Below are positions 26,992-37,421 of a stretch of DNA of 64,000 nucleotides, piece after piece. Position 1 is the first letter of the stretch; each line of letters starts with the position of its first letter. This DNA is from Polyangiales bacterium (GTDB lineage Bacteria > Myxococcota_A > Polyangia > Polyangiales > Ga0077539): contig JBGARZ010000022.1 in the NCBI GenBank assembly GCA_044229975.1, forward strand, positions 32,001 to 96,000, written 5' to 3'. Below the pieces are notes generated by a model that was not told the DNA's origin, did not search any database, and saw only the letters and a list, made by a program, of their open reading frames with translations. A program made the translations under genes and the position numbers.

Positions 26992-28536
26992 GTGTCCGAC
27001 CGACCCGAAAGCCCTGACGACCGATCGCACGCTCTCGCCGAGGCGCGCTTCGAGTCGATGCTTCACATCACGCCGACGCCGACGGTCATCACCCGCCTCC
27101 GCGACCAGCAGTACATCGCCGTCAGCGACAGCTTCCTCGCGCTGCTCGGCTATGAGCGCGCCGACGTCATCGGCCGCACGTCCACCGAGCTCAACATCTG
27201 GGTCGACTCGCGCGACCGCGACCGCCTCACCGCCGCCTTCGCGGAGGGCCGCCCCGTGCGCAACCTCGAAGCGCGCGTCCGCACCCGCACGGGCGAGCAG
27301 CTCATCGTGCTGGTGTCCGCCGAGCGCATGGACTTCTACGGCGAGCGTTGTGTGTTCTCGCTGGCCAACGACATCACGGCGTTGCGCCGCGGCGAGGAAG
27401 ACCGTCGACACGCCCGGCGGATGGAGGCCATCGGGCAGTTCGCCGGCGGCATCGCGCACGACTTCAACAACATGCTCCAGGTGATCTCCGGCTTCGCCAC
27501 GGTGGCGCGCCACCGCCTGCCCGGCGACCACGAGGTGCACGCCGAGCTGGAGCAGATCCTGCGCGCGGCGTCGCGGGCGGGGCAGCTCACCCGGCAGCTC
27601 TTGTCGTTCAGTCGGAGGCAGCTCTCGCAGGCGCGGGTCATCGACCTCAACGCGCTGGTCGGCGACATGCACCGGATGCTCTCGCGGCTCATCGGCGAGC
27701 ACGTGCGCCTGGAGGTGCGCCTCGACCCGGCGGCGCTGCGCGTGCGGTGCGACCCCGGTCAGCTCGAACAGGTGCTTCTCAACCTCTGCGTCAACGCGCG
27801 CGACGCCATGCCCGCCGGCGGGGTGCTCACGCTGATGGTCTCGTCGGCGCCGCTCGACCCGGACGACGCGCAGATCCACGCCGAGCTCGCGGCGGGCGAC
27901 CATGTGCATCTGCGCGTGACCGACACCGGCGTCGGGATGGACGCGGCGACGGTGGAGCGGGCCTTCGATCCATTCTTCTCGACGAAGGCGACCGGTCAGG
28001 GGACGGGCCTCGGTCTCGCGACGGTCTACGGCATCGTGCGGCAGTGCGGCGGCGCCGTGTGGATCGACAGCGCGCCCGGCCGCGGCACCAGCGTCAACAT
28101 CTGCCTGCCGGGCACCGAAGCCCCGGCCGACGTCGCGCCGCTCCCGCCCGCGCACGCGATGCGCGAGGGCCGCGGCGAGACGGTGCTCGTAGTGGAGGAC
28201 GAGCCCATGGTGCGCCGCCTCGCGGTGCAGCTCCTCGAACGCCACGGCTACCGTGTGATGGAAGCCGTCGACGGTGACGACGGCCTGCGGGTGTACGAGG
28301 CCGCCGCGGGGGCCATCGCGCTGGTGCTCACCGACGTGGTGATGCCCAGCCTCAACGGCGTCGAGATGGTGAACCGCATCGCGCAGCAGCACCCCGGGGT
28401 GCGGGCCCTGTTCATGACGGCGTGGTCGGGCGACGCCATCCCGGCAGCGATGCAGCGCTACGCGGCGGTGCTCGACAAGCCCTTCACGCCGGAGGCGCTC
28501 CTGACGGCGGTGCGCTCGGCCCTCGACCGGCCGTGA
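26992..28536 (+). CDS. PAS-domain hybrid histidine kinase/response regulator
   Basis: PAS domain, AHDFNN, GTGLGL, C-terminal REC domain (TDVVMP). Confidence 0.93.
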   Translation: MSDRPESPDDRSHALAEARFESMLHITPTPTVITRLRDQQYIAVSDSFLALLGYERADVIGRTSTELNIWVDSRDRDRLTAAFAEGRPVRNLEARVRTRTGEQLIVLVSAERMDFYGERCVFSLANDITALRRGEEDRRHARRMEAIGQFAGGIAHDFNNMLQVISGFATVARHRLPGDHEVHAELEQILRAASRAGQLTRQLLSFSRRQLSQARVIDLNALVGDMHRMLSRLIGEHVRLEVRLDPAALRVRCDPGQLEQVLLNLCVNARDAMPAGGVLTLMVSSAPLDPDDAQIHAELAAGDHVHLRVTDTGVGMDAATVERAFDPFFSTKATGQGTGLGLATVYGIVRQCGGAVWIDSAPGRGTSVNICLPGTEAPADVAPLPPAHAMREGRGETVLVVEDEPMVRRLAVQLLERHGYRVMEAVDGDDGLRVYEAAAGAIALVLTDVVMPSLNGVEMVNRIAQQHPGVRALFMTAWSGDAIPAAMQRYAAVLDKPFTPEALLTAVRSALDRP

Positions 28537-28541
28537 GCTGC

Positions 28542-29213
28542 TCAGACCTGGAGGATCGCCCCGAGGATGGCCATGCCCACGGTGCTCGCCGAGAGCGCGG
28601 CGGCCCCCGTGGGCGGTAGCAGGCGCGGCAGCACCTCGGGCTCGGTGCGCCAGGTCACCATCGGCGGCCGAACGAAGCTCAGCCCGTCGCCCGACCCCGT
28701 CTGCGACTGACGCATCGGGTGCTTCGCCGTCAGCGCGCCGCGCCGCACCTCGCCGATGATCGCCACGCGCTCGCCCACGCGCAGCACCTGCTCGTCGACG
28801 AGGCTCTCGCCGTCGCCCGCGTCGGCCTCGAAGTCGATGCGGCACTGGTTGGGGTCGAGCATCACCCGCCCCGAGTCGTCCTCCACCCAGAACGTCCCTT
28901 CGGTGCGCTCGACCCGCGCGAGCGTCCGTCGCGCGCGCAGCCCACCGCCCTCGATGACGTAGTGGTGCACCTGGCGCACGGCCGTCGCGACGCCGCCGTA
29001 CTGGCTGACCGTGGGGTGCTCGCATCCGAGCGTTCCCACGAGCTTCACGAGACCGGTGGTGGCCTGGCCGATGGGGGTGATCGGGAGGTGTTCGAGGGCC
29101 CTCGCTTCGGCGAGGGTCATGGGACCAAGCTGCTGGCGGTAGAACTGGGCGAGGCTCCCGACGGTCGCAAGGCCCGAGACAACGGCCCCCACGAGCAGCG
29201 GCGGAAACATCAC
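28542..29213 (-). CDS. membrane protein with GIDE-like beta domain
   Basis: N- and C-terminal TM segments; VKLVG, FWVEDDSGRV and EQVLRVGERVAIIG motifs; overlaps the lexA stop. Confidence 0.55.
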   Translation of the reverse strand: MMFPPLLVGAVVSGLATVGSLAQFYRQQLGPMTLAEARALEHLPITPIGQATTGLVKLVGTLGCEHPTVSQYGGVATAVRQVHHYVIEGGGLRARRTLARVERTEGTFWVEDDSGRVMLDPNQCRIDFEADAGDGESLVDEQVLRVGERVAIIGEVRRGALTAKHPMRQSQTGSGDGLSFVRPPMVTWRTEPEVLPRLLPPTGAAALSASTVGMAILGAILQV

Positions 29214-29923
29214 ATCATCCTGACGCCGGCCACGTCGCGAAACAACCCCACCGCCACGCCGAGGATGTGAAACACCCCCATCTCGCGCTTGCGCACGAAG
29301 ATGGGGCTCATGGTCTTGTTTTCGGGCTGGAGCCGGATGTGGTCGGGCTCGGGGAAGTAGCGCTTCACCGTCGCCTCGTCGCCCACCACCGCCACCACGA
29401 TCTCGCCGCGCGACGCCGTCTGCTGGCGCTTCACGAACAGCGTGTCGCCGTCGTGGATGCCCGCGTCGATCATCGACTCGCCCTTCACCCGCAGCGCGAA
29501 GGTCTCCCCGCCGCCGCGGAGCATCGACGGGTCGACGTGCATGTAGCGCTCGACGCGCTCATCCATGACGCCGAGCGCGCCGGCCGCGATGCGGCTGTAG
29601 AAGGGGATGGCCACGGCGTCGTTGGCCGGGCGGTCGTCGCGGTCGACGCGGATCACCTTCTCGGGCATCTCCTCGGTGGCTTCGAGGCTCTTCATCAGGA
29701 AGGTGCGGCCGAGCTTGGTGGGCTTGAGCGCGCGCGACTTCATCCCGATGCGCTCGAGGTAGCCCTTGCGCTCCAGCGCGCGCAGGTGATCGCTCACCCC
29801 GTTGGTCGAGCGGATGTCCATGCGCGCCCCGATCTCTCGCAGCGTCGGCGGATACCCCTTCTCCACGATGGCCTGCGCGATGAACTCCAGGATGGCCTGT
29901 TGACGTTCGGTGAGTGGAAGCAT
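29210..29923 (-). CDS. lexA: SOS repressor LexA
   Basis: LTERQ, GYPPTLREIG, IAAG cleavage site, GESM, ATVKR; alternative start at 29971. Confidence 0.96.
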   Translation of the reverse strand: MLPLTERQQAILEFIAQAIVEKGYPPTLREIGARMDIRSTNGVSDHLRALERKGYLERIGMKSRALKPTKLGRTFLMKSLEATEEMPEKVIRVDRDDRPANDAVAIPFYSRIAAGALGVMDERVERYMHVDPSMLRGGGETFALRVKGESMIDAGIHDGDTLFVKRQQTASRGEIVVAVVGDEATVKRYFPEPDHIRLQPENKTMSPIFVRKREMGVFHILGVAVGLFRDVAGVRMM

Positions 29924-30001
29924 CGGCGTGTGCGCTCCTCTTCGGTGTTGAACAGTGTCGGCACTGCTCATCGGAACCTGTCTGGCGGTTCAGGCAAGCT
30001 A

Positions 30002-30018
30002 GCTGAACGCTCGTGCAG
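30002..30018 (-). promoter_or_regulatory. putative LexA operator (myxobacterial type)
   Basis: Minus strand CTGCACGAGCGTTCAGC, one mismatch to the M. xanthus consensus CTRHAMRYBYGTTCAGS (recalled from memory); upstream of lexA. Confidence 0.65.
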
Positions 30019-30080
30019 CCGTCAACGAAGCGCTTGTCATTCTCTGGCGTGACCTTCGCGCGCGCTGCTACGCCTCGGCC

Positions 30081-30905
30081 GTGCGGCCCTTGCGACGGCT
30101 CTGGTGGACGCTCCTCGCGCTGTGCAGCGTCGTGGGCGTCGCCCACGCCGACCCTCCGCCCCGCGCCCGCCGCGGTCGCATCCCTCCGCCCCCGCCGACC
30201 ACCAGCGTCGCATGGCCCAACCACGGGACGCTCGACCACGGCCGCCGCCTCGCCTCGGCGGACTGCCGCACGCTCCCTGGTCGCACCCTCCAGTGGGGCA
30301 CCGACGAGCTCGTCAGCCTCCTCGAACGCACCGCCGCCAAGATGCGGCAGCAGTTCAGGGTGCCGCTCACCGTGGGCGATCTCTCGGCCCGCGAAGGCGG
30401 CGCCGTCAGCCGTCACCGCTCGCACCAGTCAGGGCGCGACGCCGACATTGCGTTCTTCGCGCGCACCAACCCGGCGCGCGGTGAGTCGCGTCCGGTGACC
30501 CTCTACGACTACGTGGTCTTCGATCGCAACGGCCGCTCGCTCGATGGCAGCCTGCGCTTCGACACCGAGCGCAACTGGGCCCTCGTCACCGCGCTGCTCA
30601 CCGACCATCACGTCCGCGTCGAGCGCCTCTTCGTCTCGACGCCGCTGCGCGCCCTGCTGCTCCAGCACGCCCGCGCGGTGCACGCCTCGCAGGCCCTCAT
30701 CAACCTCGCGGCCAACACCCTGGTGCAGCCCGCGCGGGTCTCGCCCCACGACAACCACTTCCACGTCCGCATCGCGTGCCCCGCGGGCGATCGCCAGTGC
30801 CACACCGGCGTCTGGCTGCCGCCCCGTCCGCCGCGTCGGCGGGTGAATCATCCCGCCGCCCGCGCCCGCGCCGCCGCGACCCGGCGCGCCCCTACGGGTC
30901 GATGA
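30081..30905 (+). CDS. penicillin-insensitive murein endopeptidase (MepA-like, M74)
   Basis: GDLS...HRSHQSGRDAD, HDNHFHVRI. Confidence 0.88.
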   Translation: MRPLRRLWWTLLALCSVVGVAHADPPPRARRGRIPPPPPTTSVAWPNHGTLDHGRRLASADCRTLPGRTLQWGTDELVSLLERTAAKMRQQFRVPLTVGDLSAREGGAVSRHRSHQSGRDADIAFFARTNPARGESRPVTLYDYVVFDRNGRSLDGSLRFDTERNWALVTALLTDHHVRVERLFVSTPLRALLLQHARAVHASQALINLAANTLVQPARVSPHDNHFHVRIACPAGDRQCHTGVWLPPRPPRRRVNHPAARARAAATRRAPTGR

Positions 30906-31779
30906 ACACCTGTACGCCGACGTCGCCCGCGCCCGAAAACACCCGCACCCGGTAGCGATAGAGCCCCGAGTAGCGGGTGCAGAAGCGCGCGCTCTCGGTC
31001 CCGCGGTGCGTCGCGTCCTGGGCCACGCGGTGCCGCGTCGGGTCTTCGAGCTCCACCACCAGATCGCTCACGCTCGGAACGCCCGCCGCCACCACCTCCA
31101 CGCATCGGTTGGAGGGCAACGCGACGGTCTGCTCGATCATCCCGTTGGTGGCCAGCGTGTGCCGCGACATGGCCGTGAACCCGAGCGTCCCCGGGCGCCG
31201 CGCCGCCACCTGGCGGAGCTGCGCGCCGAGGTAGTCCGACCCGGTTCCGCCGACGGGAAACCGCGCCGTCGTCGTGGCGCCGGGGTCCTCTGCACCTGCG
31301 TCGACCGCGACCCGCACCGCGTTGACCCGCTCGTCGAGCGCGAGCACCTCCAGGTGCCACCACGCCGCGCTCCACGCCTCGACGTCGACCCGGTACAGCT
31401 CCGGCGCCTCGGTCACGCAGAACCGCTGGCGCACCGCCGTCCCCGCCGAGTTGGCCAGCGTGAGCCCGGGGCCCTCCATGGCCTCTCGTACCCGCACCTG
31501 CGCACGCACCTGCGAGGCGCCCTGCGCCGCTCCGACGAGCTCATAACAACGGTTGCGTTCGAGCCGCGGGTGCAGCGCCTCGCTCGCCGGGTGCCGCGTG
31601 CGTCTGGCGTTGACCAGCACCGGAACCCTCCCGGCGCGCAGCGGCGCCACCAGCGACTCCGGCGTCACCACCGGAGCGTCGACCGCCCCCGCGTCCTGCG
31701 CGCGAGCCGTCGTGGAGAGCAGGAGGAATGCGGTGCCCGTGATTGCGTCGATGACCCTCACGGCGGCGCACGCTAGCAT
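30892..31779 (-). CDS. hypothetical secreted protein with two Cys-containing repeated domains
   Basis: Signal-like N-terminus; RCYELV...RFC and RCVEVV...RFC repeats; start uncertain. Confidence 0.6.
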   Translation of the reverse strand: MLACAAVRVIDAITGTAFLLLSTTARAQDAGAVDAPVVTPESLVAPLRAGRVPVLVNARRTRHPASEALHPRLERNRCYELVGAAQGASQVRAQVRVREAMEGPGLTLANSAGTAVRQRFCVTEAPELYRVDVEAWSAAWWHLEVLALDERVNAVRVAVDAGAEDPGATTTARFPVGGTGSDYLGAQLRQVAARRPGTLGFTAMSRHTLATNGMIEQTVALPSNRCVEVVAAGVPSVSDLVVELEDPTRHRVAQDATHRGTESARFCTRYSGLYRYRVRVFSGAGDVGVQVFIDP

Positions 31780-31794
31780 GCGCGAACCGCCCCG

Positions 31795-32256
31795 ATGTCG
31801 ACCGCTACGCCCACCGACGTGACGCTCGCCCCACCGCCGCGTCGCCTCTTCGATCGAGCCGCCTGGGCGCTCGCCGCGCTCGCCGCGTGGCCGGTGGTCA
31901 TCCTCTCGGCGTGGCTCAACCCCGACCACCGCGGCTTCGGGACGCACCAGCAGCTCGGTCTGCCACCGTGTTCGTTCGAGGCGATGACCCATGTGCCGTG
32001 CCCCGGCTGCGGGCTCACCACCAGCTTCACCAACATGGCCCACCTGCATGTGCTCGACGCCTTCCGCGCGCACCTCATGGGGCCGCTGCTCTTCGCGCTC
32101 ACGCTCGGCGTCGCGCTCGCGTCGCCCATCGGCGTGCGTCGGGCCTGGTCGGTGACGGGTGCCCTGGCGCTGCCGTGGCTCACGGCCTACCTCGGCGTGA
32201 CACTCGCCGCCGGGCTGGTCACCTTCAGCGTCCGCCTCGCGCACAAGTTTCTGTGA
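31795..32256 (+). CDS. DUF2752 membrane protein
   Basis: GTHQQLGLPPC...PCPGCGLTTSF. Confidence 0.85.
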   Translation: MSTATPTDVTLAPPPRRLFDRAAWALAALAAWPVVILSAWLNPDHRGFGTHQQLGLPPCSFEAMTHVPCPGCGLTTSFTNMAHLHVLDAFRAHLMGPLLFALTLGVALASPIGVRRAWSVTGALALPWLTAYLGVTLAAGLVTFSVRLAHKFL

Positions 32257-32297
32257 CCATCATCGAGGCGTCGTGAGATCGGAATCAGGAGGCTCCC

Positions 32298-32555
32298 ATG
32301 GCCGATGTGCAGGTGTACGTGACGACGTATTGTCCCTATTGCGTGCGCGCGAAGGGGCTGCTCAACCGCAAGAAGGTGGCGTTCACGGAGATCAACGTGG
32401 ACGACGACCCGACGAAGCGGGCGTGGCTGGTCGAGGCGACGGGGCAGCGAACGGTTCCGCAGATCTTCATCGACGGGAAGTCGGTGGGCGGCAGCGACGA
32501 CCTCCACGACCTCGAACGCCGCGGCGAGCTCGACAAGCTCTTGGGTCGCTCGTAG
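32298..32555 (+). CDS. grxC: glutaredoxin 3
   Basis: CPYC, TVPQIFI, GGSDDL; GGAGG RBS. Confidence 0.93.
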   Translation: MADVQVYVTTYCPYCVRAKGLLNRKKVAFTEINVDDDPTKRAWLVEATGQRTVPQIFIDGKSVGGSDDLHDLERRGELDKLLGRS

Positions 32556-33655
32556 CGCTCGGCCTCTCTCTCCTCCCTCTCACCGTCACCGCCCAGACCC
32601 GCCCCGCCATCGGCTACTCGCCCGACGCGTGGGCCGCTTCGGGTCTCGGCGCGATGCGCGGCGCGACGCTCGGCCCCATCGAAAGCTCCCAGCACCCTGG
32701 CGTCGGGTACGGCACGCCCGCCAGCGCGGCGGCCCTCGATGAGCTCGTCGCCCTCGGCTGCAACTGGGTCTCCTTCACACCCTTCGGCCGTCAGTGGGAC
32801 CTCGACGAGACCGACATCCGCCTCGACTTCGAGGCGCCCTTCGACGTCAACCGCGAGAACGTCAAGCGCGTCATCGCCCAGGCCCACGCGCGCGGCCTTC
32901 GCGTGCTGCTCATCCCGCACCTCTGGGTCGACATGGGCGGCTGGCGCGGCGAGATCGCCCACCGCGACGACGTCGCGTGGCGCCGTTGGTTCGCGAGCTA
33001 CACCCGCTTCGTGACGGCGTGGGCGAGGGTGGCCGAGGAGTCGGGCGCCGAGATGCTCTCCATCGGCGTCGAGATGAAGTCCTCGTCGAGCACGCGCGGC
33101 GAGTGGTTCGACGTCATCGCGCAGATCCGCCGCGTCTATCACGGCATGCTCACCTACTCGGCCAACTGGGACGGCGAGGAGGGCGTCACCTTCTGGGATC
33201 GCCTCGACGTCGTGGGCATCCAGGCCTTCTACCCGCTGGCCGAGCACCCCGGCGCGACCCTCGACGAGCTGCGCCGCGCGGCCGTCGCCCGCGCCGATCG
33301 GTTGGAAGAAGCGTCACGCCGCTGGGCGAGGCCGGTGATGTTCGCGGAGTTCGGCTACACCGCGCGGCCCGACCCGACCCTGCGTCCGTGGGAGTGGCCC
33401 GAAGACCTGGGCAACGTGCGCGTCGACGCCCACGCGCAGGCCATGGGCTATCGCGCGCTGATGGAGGCCTTCATCGGCCGGCGCTGGTTCACCGGGGGCT
33501 TCGTGTGGCGCTACTACGCCAATCCGATGGACTCCTCGCAGGAGCCGCCCTTCGGATTCTCCCCGCGCGACCGCGAAGGAGAGCAGGTGCTGCGCGAGCT
33601 GTACGACCCGGCGCTCGCCTGGGGCAGCGACCCCTTTCCCCGCCTCGTCTGGTAG
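32540..33655 (+). CDS. glycoside hydrolase family 113-like TIM barrel; start uncertain
   Basis: GWRGEI, WFASY, IGVEM, TYSANWD, FAEFGY. Confidence 0.75.
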   Translation, partial: LGSLVALGLSLLPLTVTAQTRPAIGYSPDAWAASGLGAMRGATLGPIESSQHPGVGYGTPASAAALDELVALGCNWVSFTPFGRQWDLDETDIRLDFEAPFDVNRENVKRVIAQAHARGLRVLLIPHLWVDMGGWRGEIAHRDDVAWRRWFASYTRFVTAWARVAEESGAEMLSIGVEMKSSSSTRGEWFDVIAQIRRVYHGMLTYSANWDGEEGVTFWDRLDVVGIQAFYPLAEHPGATLDELRRAAVARADRLEEASRRWARPVMFAEFGYTARPDPTLRPWEWPEDLGNVRVDAHAQAMGYRALMEAFIGRRWFTGGFVWRYYANPMDSSQEPPFGFSPRDREGEQVLRELYDPALAWGSDPFPRLVW

Positions 33656-33715
33656 CCCCGGCTTTTCCCTGCCACCTTTTTGGAGCTCCTCGCGGCGCCG
33701 CGGTACTGCCGCTCC

Positions 33716-34510
<795 letters not shown>

Positions 34511-34542
34511 CCCCTCCATCCACCTCCCCACGGAAACCGCCC

Positions 34543-35403
34543 ATGTTCGATCGCGCACTCAAGGGACTCCGCCAGCAGTTCGGCACGCAGATGCTGTCCA
34601 TCGCCACCGTGGCGCTGGCGCTCTTCTGCATGGCGGGCGCGCTGCTCGTCCTCGAAAACGCCGGCGCCATGGTGCGTCGCTGGGGCTCGCCGGTGAAGGT
34701 CACCGTCTTCCTCGCCGAGGGCGCCTCCGTCGATCAGGTCGACAGCCTGCGCCGCGCGCTCGCCGCGCTGCCCGAGGTGGAGGACGCCCGCTACGTGTCG
34801 TCCGCCGAGGCCCGCCAGTCGCTCAGCCAGGGTGACAACACCGTCGGCAGCGCGCCCGTCGAGCTCTTCCCCGCGACCATCGAGCTGCGCCTCGTCCCGT
34901 CGGCCGTCACCGCCGAGCGCGTCGCCTCCGTCGCGCTGCGTGTGCGTCGCATCCCGATGGTGGCCGAGGTCGAGACCTACCGCGGCTTCACCGAGCGCCT
35001 GCGCGGCCTGCTCGCGGGCGGTCGCGCCGCGGCGGGCATCGTCGCCCTCGGCGTGCTGCTGTGTGTCTTCGCGGTGGTGAGCAACACCGTCCGCATGTCG
35101 CTCGCCGCACGTCTCCGCGAGATCGAGGTGCTCCGCCTCGTCGGCGCCACGCGCTCGTACATCCGCGGCCCCTTCCTCATCGAGGGCGCGATGCTCGGAA
35201 CCATCGGCGCCGCCGTCGCCGTCGCCGTGCTCGCGGTGGTGTTCATGACGCTGCGCTCGCAGTTCGAGCTGTCCCTCGGAACGGTGCTCGGGCTGCACCC
35301 GGTGTTTCTCCCGTGGTCGGTGCTGGCGATGTTGATCGTGGGCGGCGGCATGCTGGGCGCGCTGGGCAGCGCCGCGGCGCTCCGTCGCGGTCTTCAGTCC
35401 TGA
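34543..35403 (+). CDS. ftsX: cell division permease FtsX
   Basis: Four TM segments; NTVRMS...EIEVLRLVGAT...IRGPFLIEG. Confidence 0.92.
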   Translation: MFDRALKGLRQQFGTQMLSIATVALALFCMAGALLVLENAGAMVRRWGSPVKVTVFLAEGASVDQVDSLRRALAALPEVEDARYVSSAEARQSLSQGDNTVGSAPVELFPATIELRLVPSAVTAERVASVALRVRRIPMVAEVETYRGFTERLRGLLAGGRAAAGIVALGVLLCVFAVVSNTVRMSLAARLREIEVLRLVGATRSYIRGPFLIEGAMLGTIGAAVAVAVLAVVFMTLRSQFELSLGTVLGLHPVFLPWSVLAMLIVGGGMLGALGSAAALRRGLQS

Positions 35404-35417
35404 GCGGAGGTGAGCAC

Positions 35418-36368
35418 GTGAAGCGAGCGTTGATCCTCGGTGCGATGGTGCTCGGCCTCTCGGCCGCTCCGTCGCGTCCCGTCGCGCAGAACCTCGGCGT
35501 CGCGGCCGTCCCTTCGTCGCCGCTCGGCGCGCTGTCGTCGGCGCAGGCGGAGATCGTTCGCCTCTCCAACGAGCTCACGCGCATCGACACCGACGCTTCG
35601 ACGCTCACCCCGGAGCGCGCGGCCCTCCGTGCGCGGGCCCGGCAGCAGGCCCGCTGGCTCTACCACCTCTCACAGGGCGACGCGCTCGCGGTGCGCGGTG
35701 GCCCGGAGATGCTCCTCGACCACGCCGCGCGAGCGGGCCGGGTGCGCCGCGTTCTGCACGCCACGCTCAAGACCATGGAGCGCGCCGACCGTCGCGCCGA
35801 GACGCTCGACCTCGACCGCCAGCGCGTCTCGCGTCTCCTCCAGGTCGCCCAGGAGCAGCGCACTCGCGCCGAGGCCGAGCAGCGCGCCAACCTGGCCCTC
35901 GGCGCCTACGGAACCATCAACCCCAGCGCCCCGCCCCCCTCCGTCACCGTCTACGGCGGCGCCGCGTCGGTGACCCCTGGCGTCGAGCGCTTCGCCGAGA
36001 GCGCGGGCCGTCTGCTCTTCCCGGTCGCCGGCCGCGCCGAGGTGCGTCGTGCGTATCGCGAGGGCGCCGAAGGCCCCGGCATCGAGATCTCGGTCGCGCT
36101 CGGAACCCCCGCCCGCGCGGTGTTCCCCGGTCGCGTGGCCTTCGCCGATCGCTACGGCGCCTACGGCATGATCGTCATCGTCGACCACGGCGATCACTAC
36201 TACTCGGTGAGCGCCAACCTCGCGCGCATCGACGTGCGCGTCGGCCAGGAGCTGTCGACCGGCGACGTGGTCGGCAGCGCGGGCGACGACGGCCGCGGCC
36301 CGATGCTGTACTTCGAGGTGCGCCACGCGGGCGAGACCGTCGACCCGGTTCCGTGGCTGGGGTTGTGA
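35418..36368 (+). CDS. envC: EnvC-like murein hydrolase activator (coiled coil plus degenerate M23 domain)
   Basis: Follows ftsEX; YGMIVIVDHG and LYFEVR with Zn ligands lacking. Confidence 0.8.
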   Translation: MKRALILGAMVLGLSAAPSRPVAQNLGVAAVPSSPLGALSSAQAEIVRLSNELTRIDTDASTLTPERAALRARARQQARWLYHLSQGDALAVRGGPEMLLDHAARAGRVRRVLHATLKTMERADRRAETLDLDRQRVSRLLQVAQEQRTRAEAEQRANLALGAYGTINPSAPPPSVTVYGGAASVTPGVERFAESAGRLLFPVAGRAEVRRAYREGAEGPGIEISVALGTPARAVFPGRVAFADRYGAYGMIVIVDHGDHYYSVSANLARIDVRVGQELSTGDVVGSAGDDGRGPMLYFEVRHAGETVDPVPWLGL

Positions 36369-36397
36369 GCGCGACCGTGCGGGCGTAGAGCGCTCGC

Positions 36398-36904
36398 GTG
36401 GGCATCCCCGACATCCTCGTTCTCGGCATCGACCCGGGCAGCCACCGGCTCGGCTACGGCCTCGTCGTCCGCCGCGGCAACAAGTACATCCACATCGCGC
36501 ATGGGGTGGCGAAGGCGCCGGCGACGGCGCTGCTCCCGGAGCGTCTGCGGGTCATCGCCGATGGGTTGGAGCAGGTGCTCGCGCAGCACAAGCCCGCGGT
36601 GGTGGCGTTGGAGCAGGCCTTCGTCAGCCGCGACCCGCACGCGGCGCTGGTGATTGGTCATGCGCGTGGGGTGGCGATGCTGCTCGCGGCGCGCGCGGGG
36701 CTGACGGTGGTGGAGTATCCGCCCGCGGTGGTGAAGCGCTCGGTGACGGGCAACGGCCGCGCGGAGAAGGCCCAGGTCGGGGCGATGGTGAAGTCGATGC
36801 TCGGGCTCGCGGAGGTCCCCAAGGAGGACGCCGCCGACGCGCTCGCGGTGGCGATCACCCACGCCAACGCGACGGGGCTCGCGGCGCTGCTCAAGCGGGC
36901 GTAG
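36398..36904 (+). CDS. ruvC: Holliday junction resolvase RuvC
   Basis: LGIDPG, GHARGV, VKRSVTGNGRAEK, DAADALAVA. Confidence 0.95.
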   Translation: MGIPDILVLGIDPGSHRLGYGLVVRRGNKYIHIAHGVAKAPATALLPERLRVIADGLEQVLAQHKPAVVALEQAFVSRDPHAALVIGHARGVAMLLAARAGLTVVEYPPAVVKRSVTGNGRAEKAQVGAMVKSMLGLAEVPKEDAADALAVAITHANATGLAALLKRA

Positions 36905-36928
36905 CGAGGCCCGTCGACGCGCGGCCGA

Positions 36929-37342
36929 TCACCCGCGCGGCGGGCTCGTCGGATCAGCCTCCTCGCTACCGCGGAGCGTGGTCCGCCAGGCGATCTGGCC
37001 GGGTTCGTCGATGGCGTCGATGAGGTTGCGGACGCGCCGCTCGCTGAGCCCCGTCGGGTCGATGTCGAAGTAGAGCGTCCAGTGGAGGCGGCCGGGCGCG
37101 GCGTCGTCGCGATCGACGTCGAGCCAGAAGGCGTGGAGGGTCTGCTTCGTGATCTCGATGATCTTGCCGCGCAGGCGCACCCGCGTTGGGCTGTGCTCGG
37201 TCACGCGGTACGACACGAGACCGTCCGAGGCGCCCCACTCCCACACGTCGCGCCTGTAGAGAACGCGCGTGACGATGTCCTCCAGCACGCGGTGCGGGTT
37301 CTCCGTGGAGTCGAGGTCGAAGACCGCTTCAAGGTCACTCAC
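36929..37342 (-). CDS. hypothetical protein
   Basis: 137-aa ORF with host codon bias. Confidence 0.65.
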   Translation of the reverse strand: MSDLEAVFDLDSTENPHRVLEDIVTRVLYRRDVWEWGASDGLVSYRVTEHSPTRVRLRGKIIEITKQTLHAFWLDVDRDDAAPGRLHWTLYFDIDPTGLSERRVRNLIDAIDEPGQIAWRTTLRGSEEADPTSPPRG

Positions 37343-37421
37343 TCCCCGAGCATAGACTCCATGTGCACTGGCGGAGGAGGAGAGCCGCGCGACGGGCTCC
37401 GCTACTGCGTCGGTTCGCCTC

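Noticed and set aside
36398..36904. RuvC as a Cas12/TnpB nuclease
   Set aside because: 168-aa canonical Holliday junction resolvase in housekeeping context
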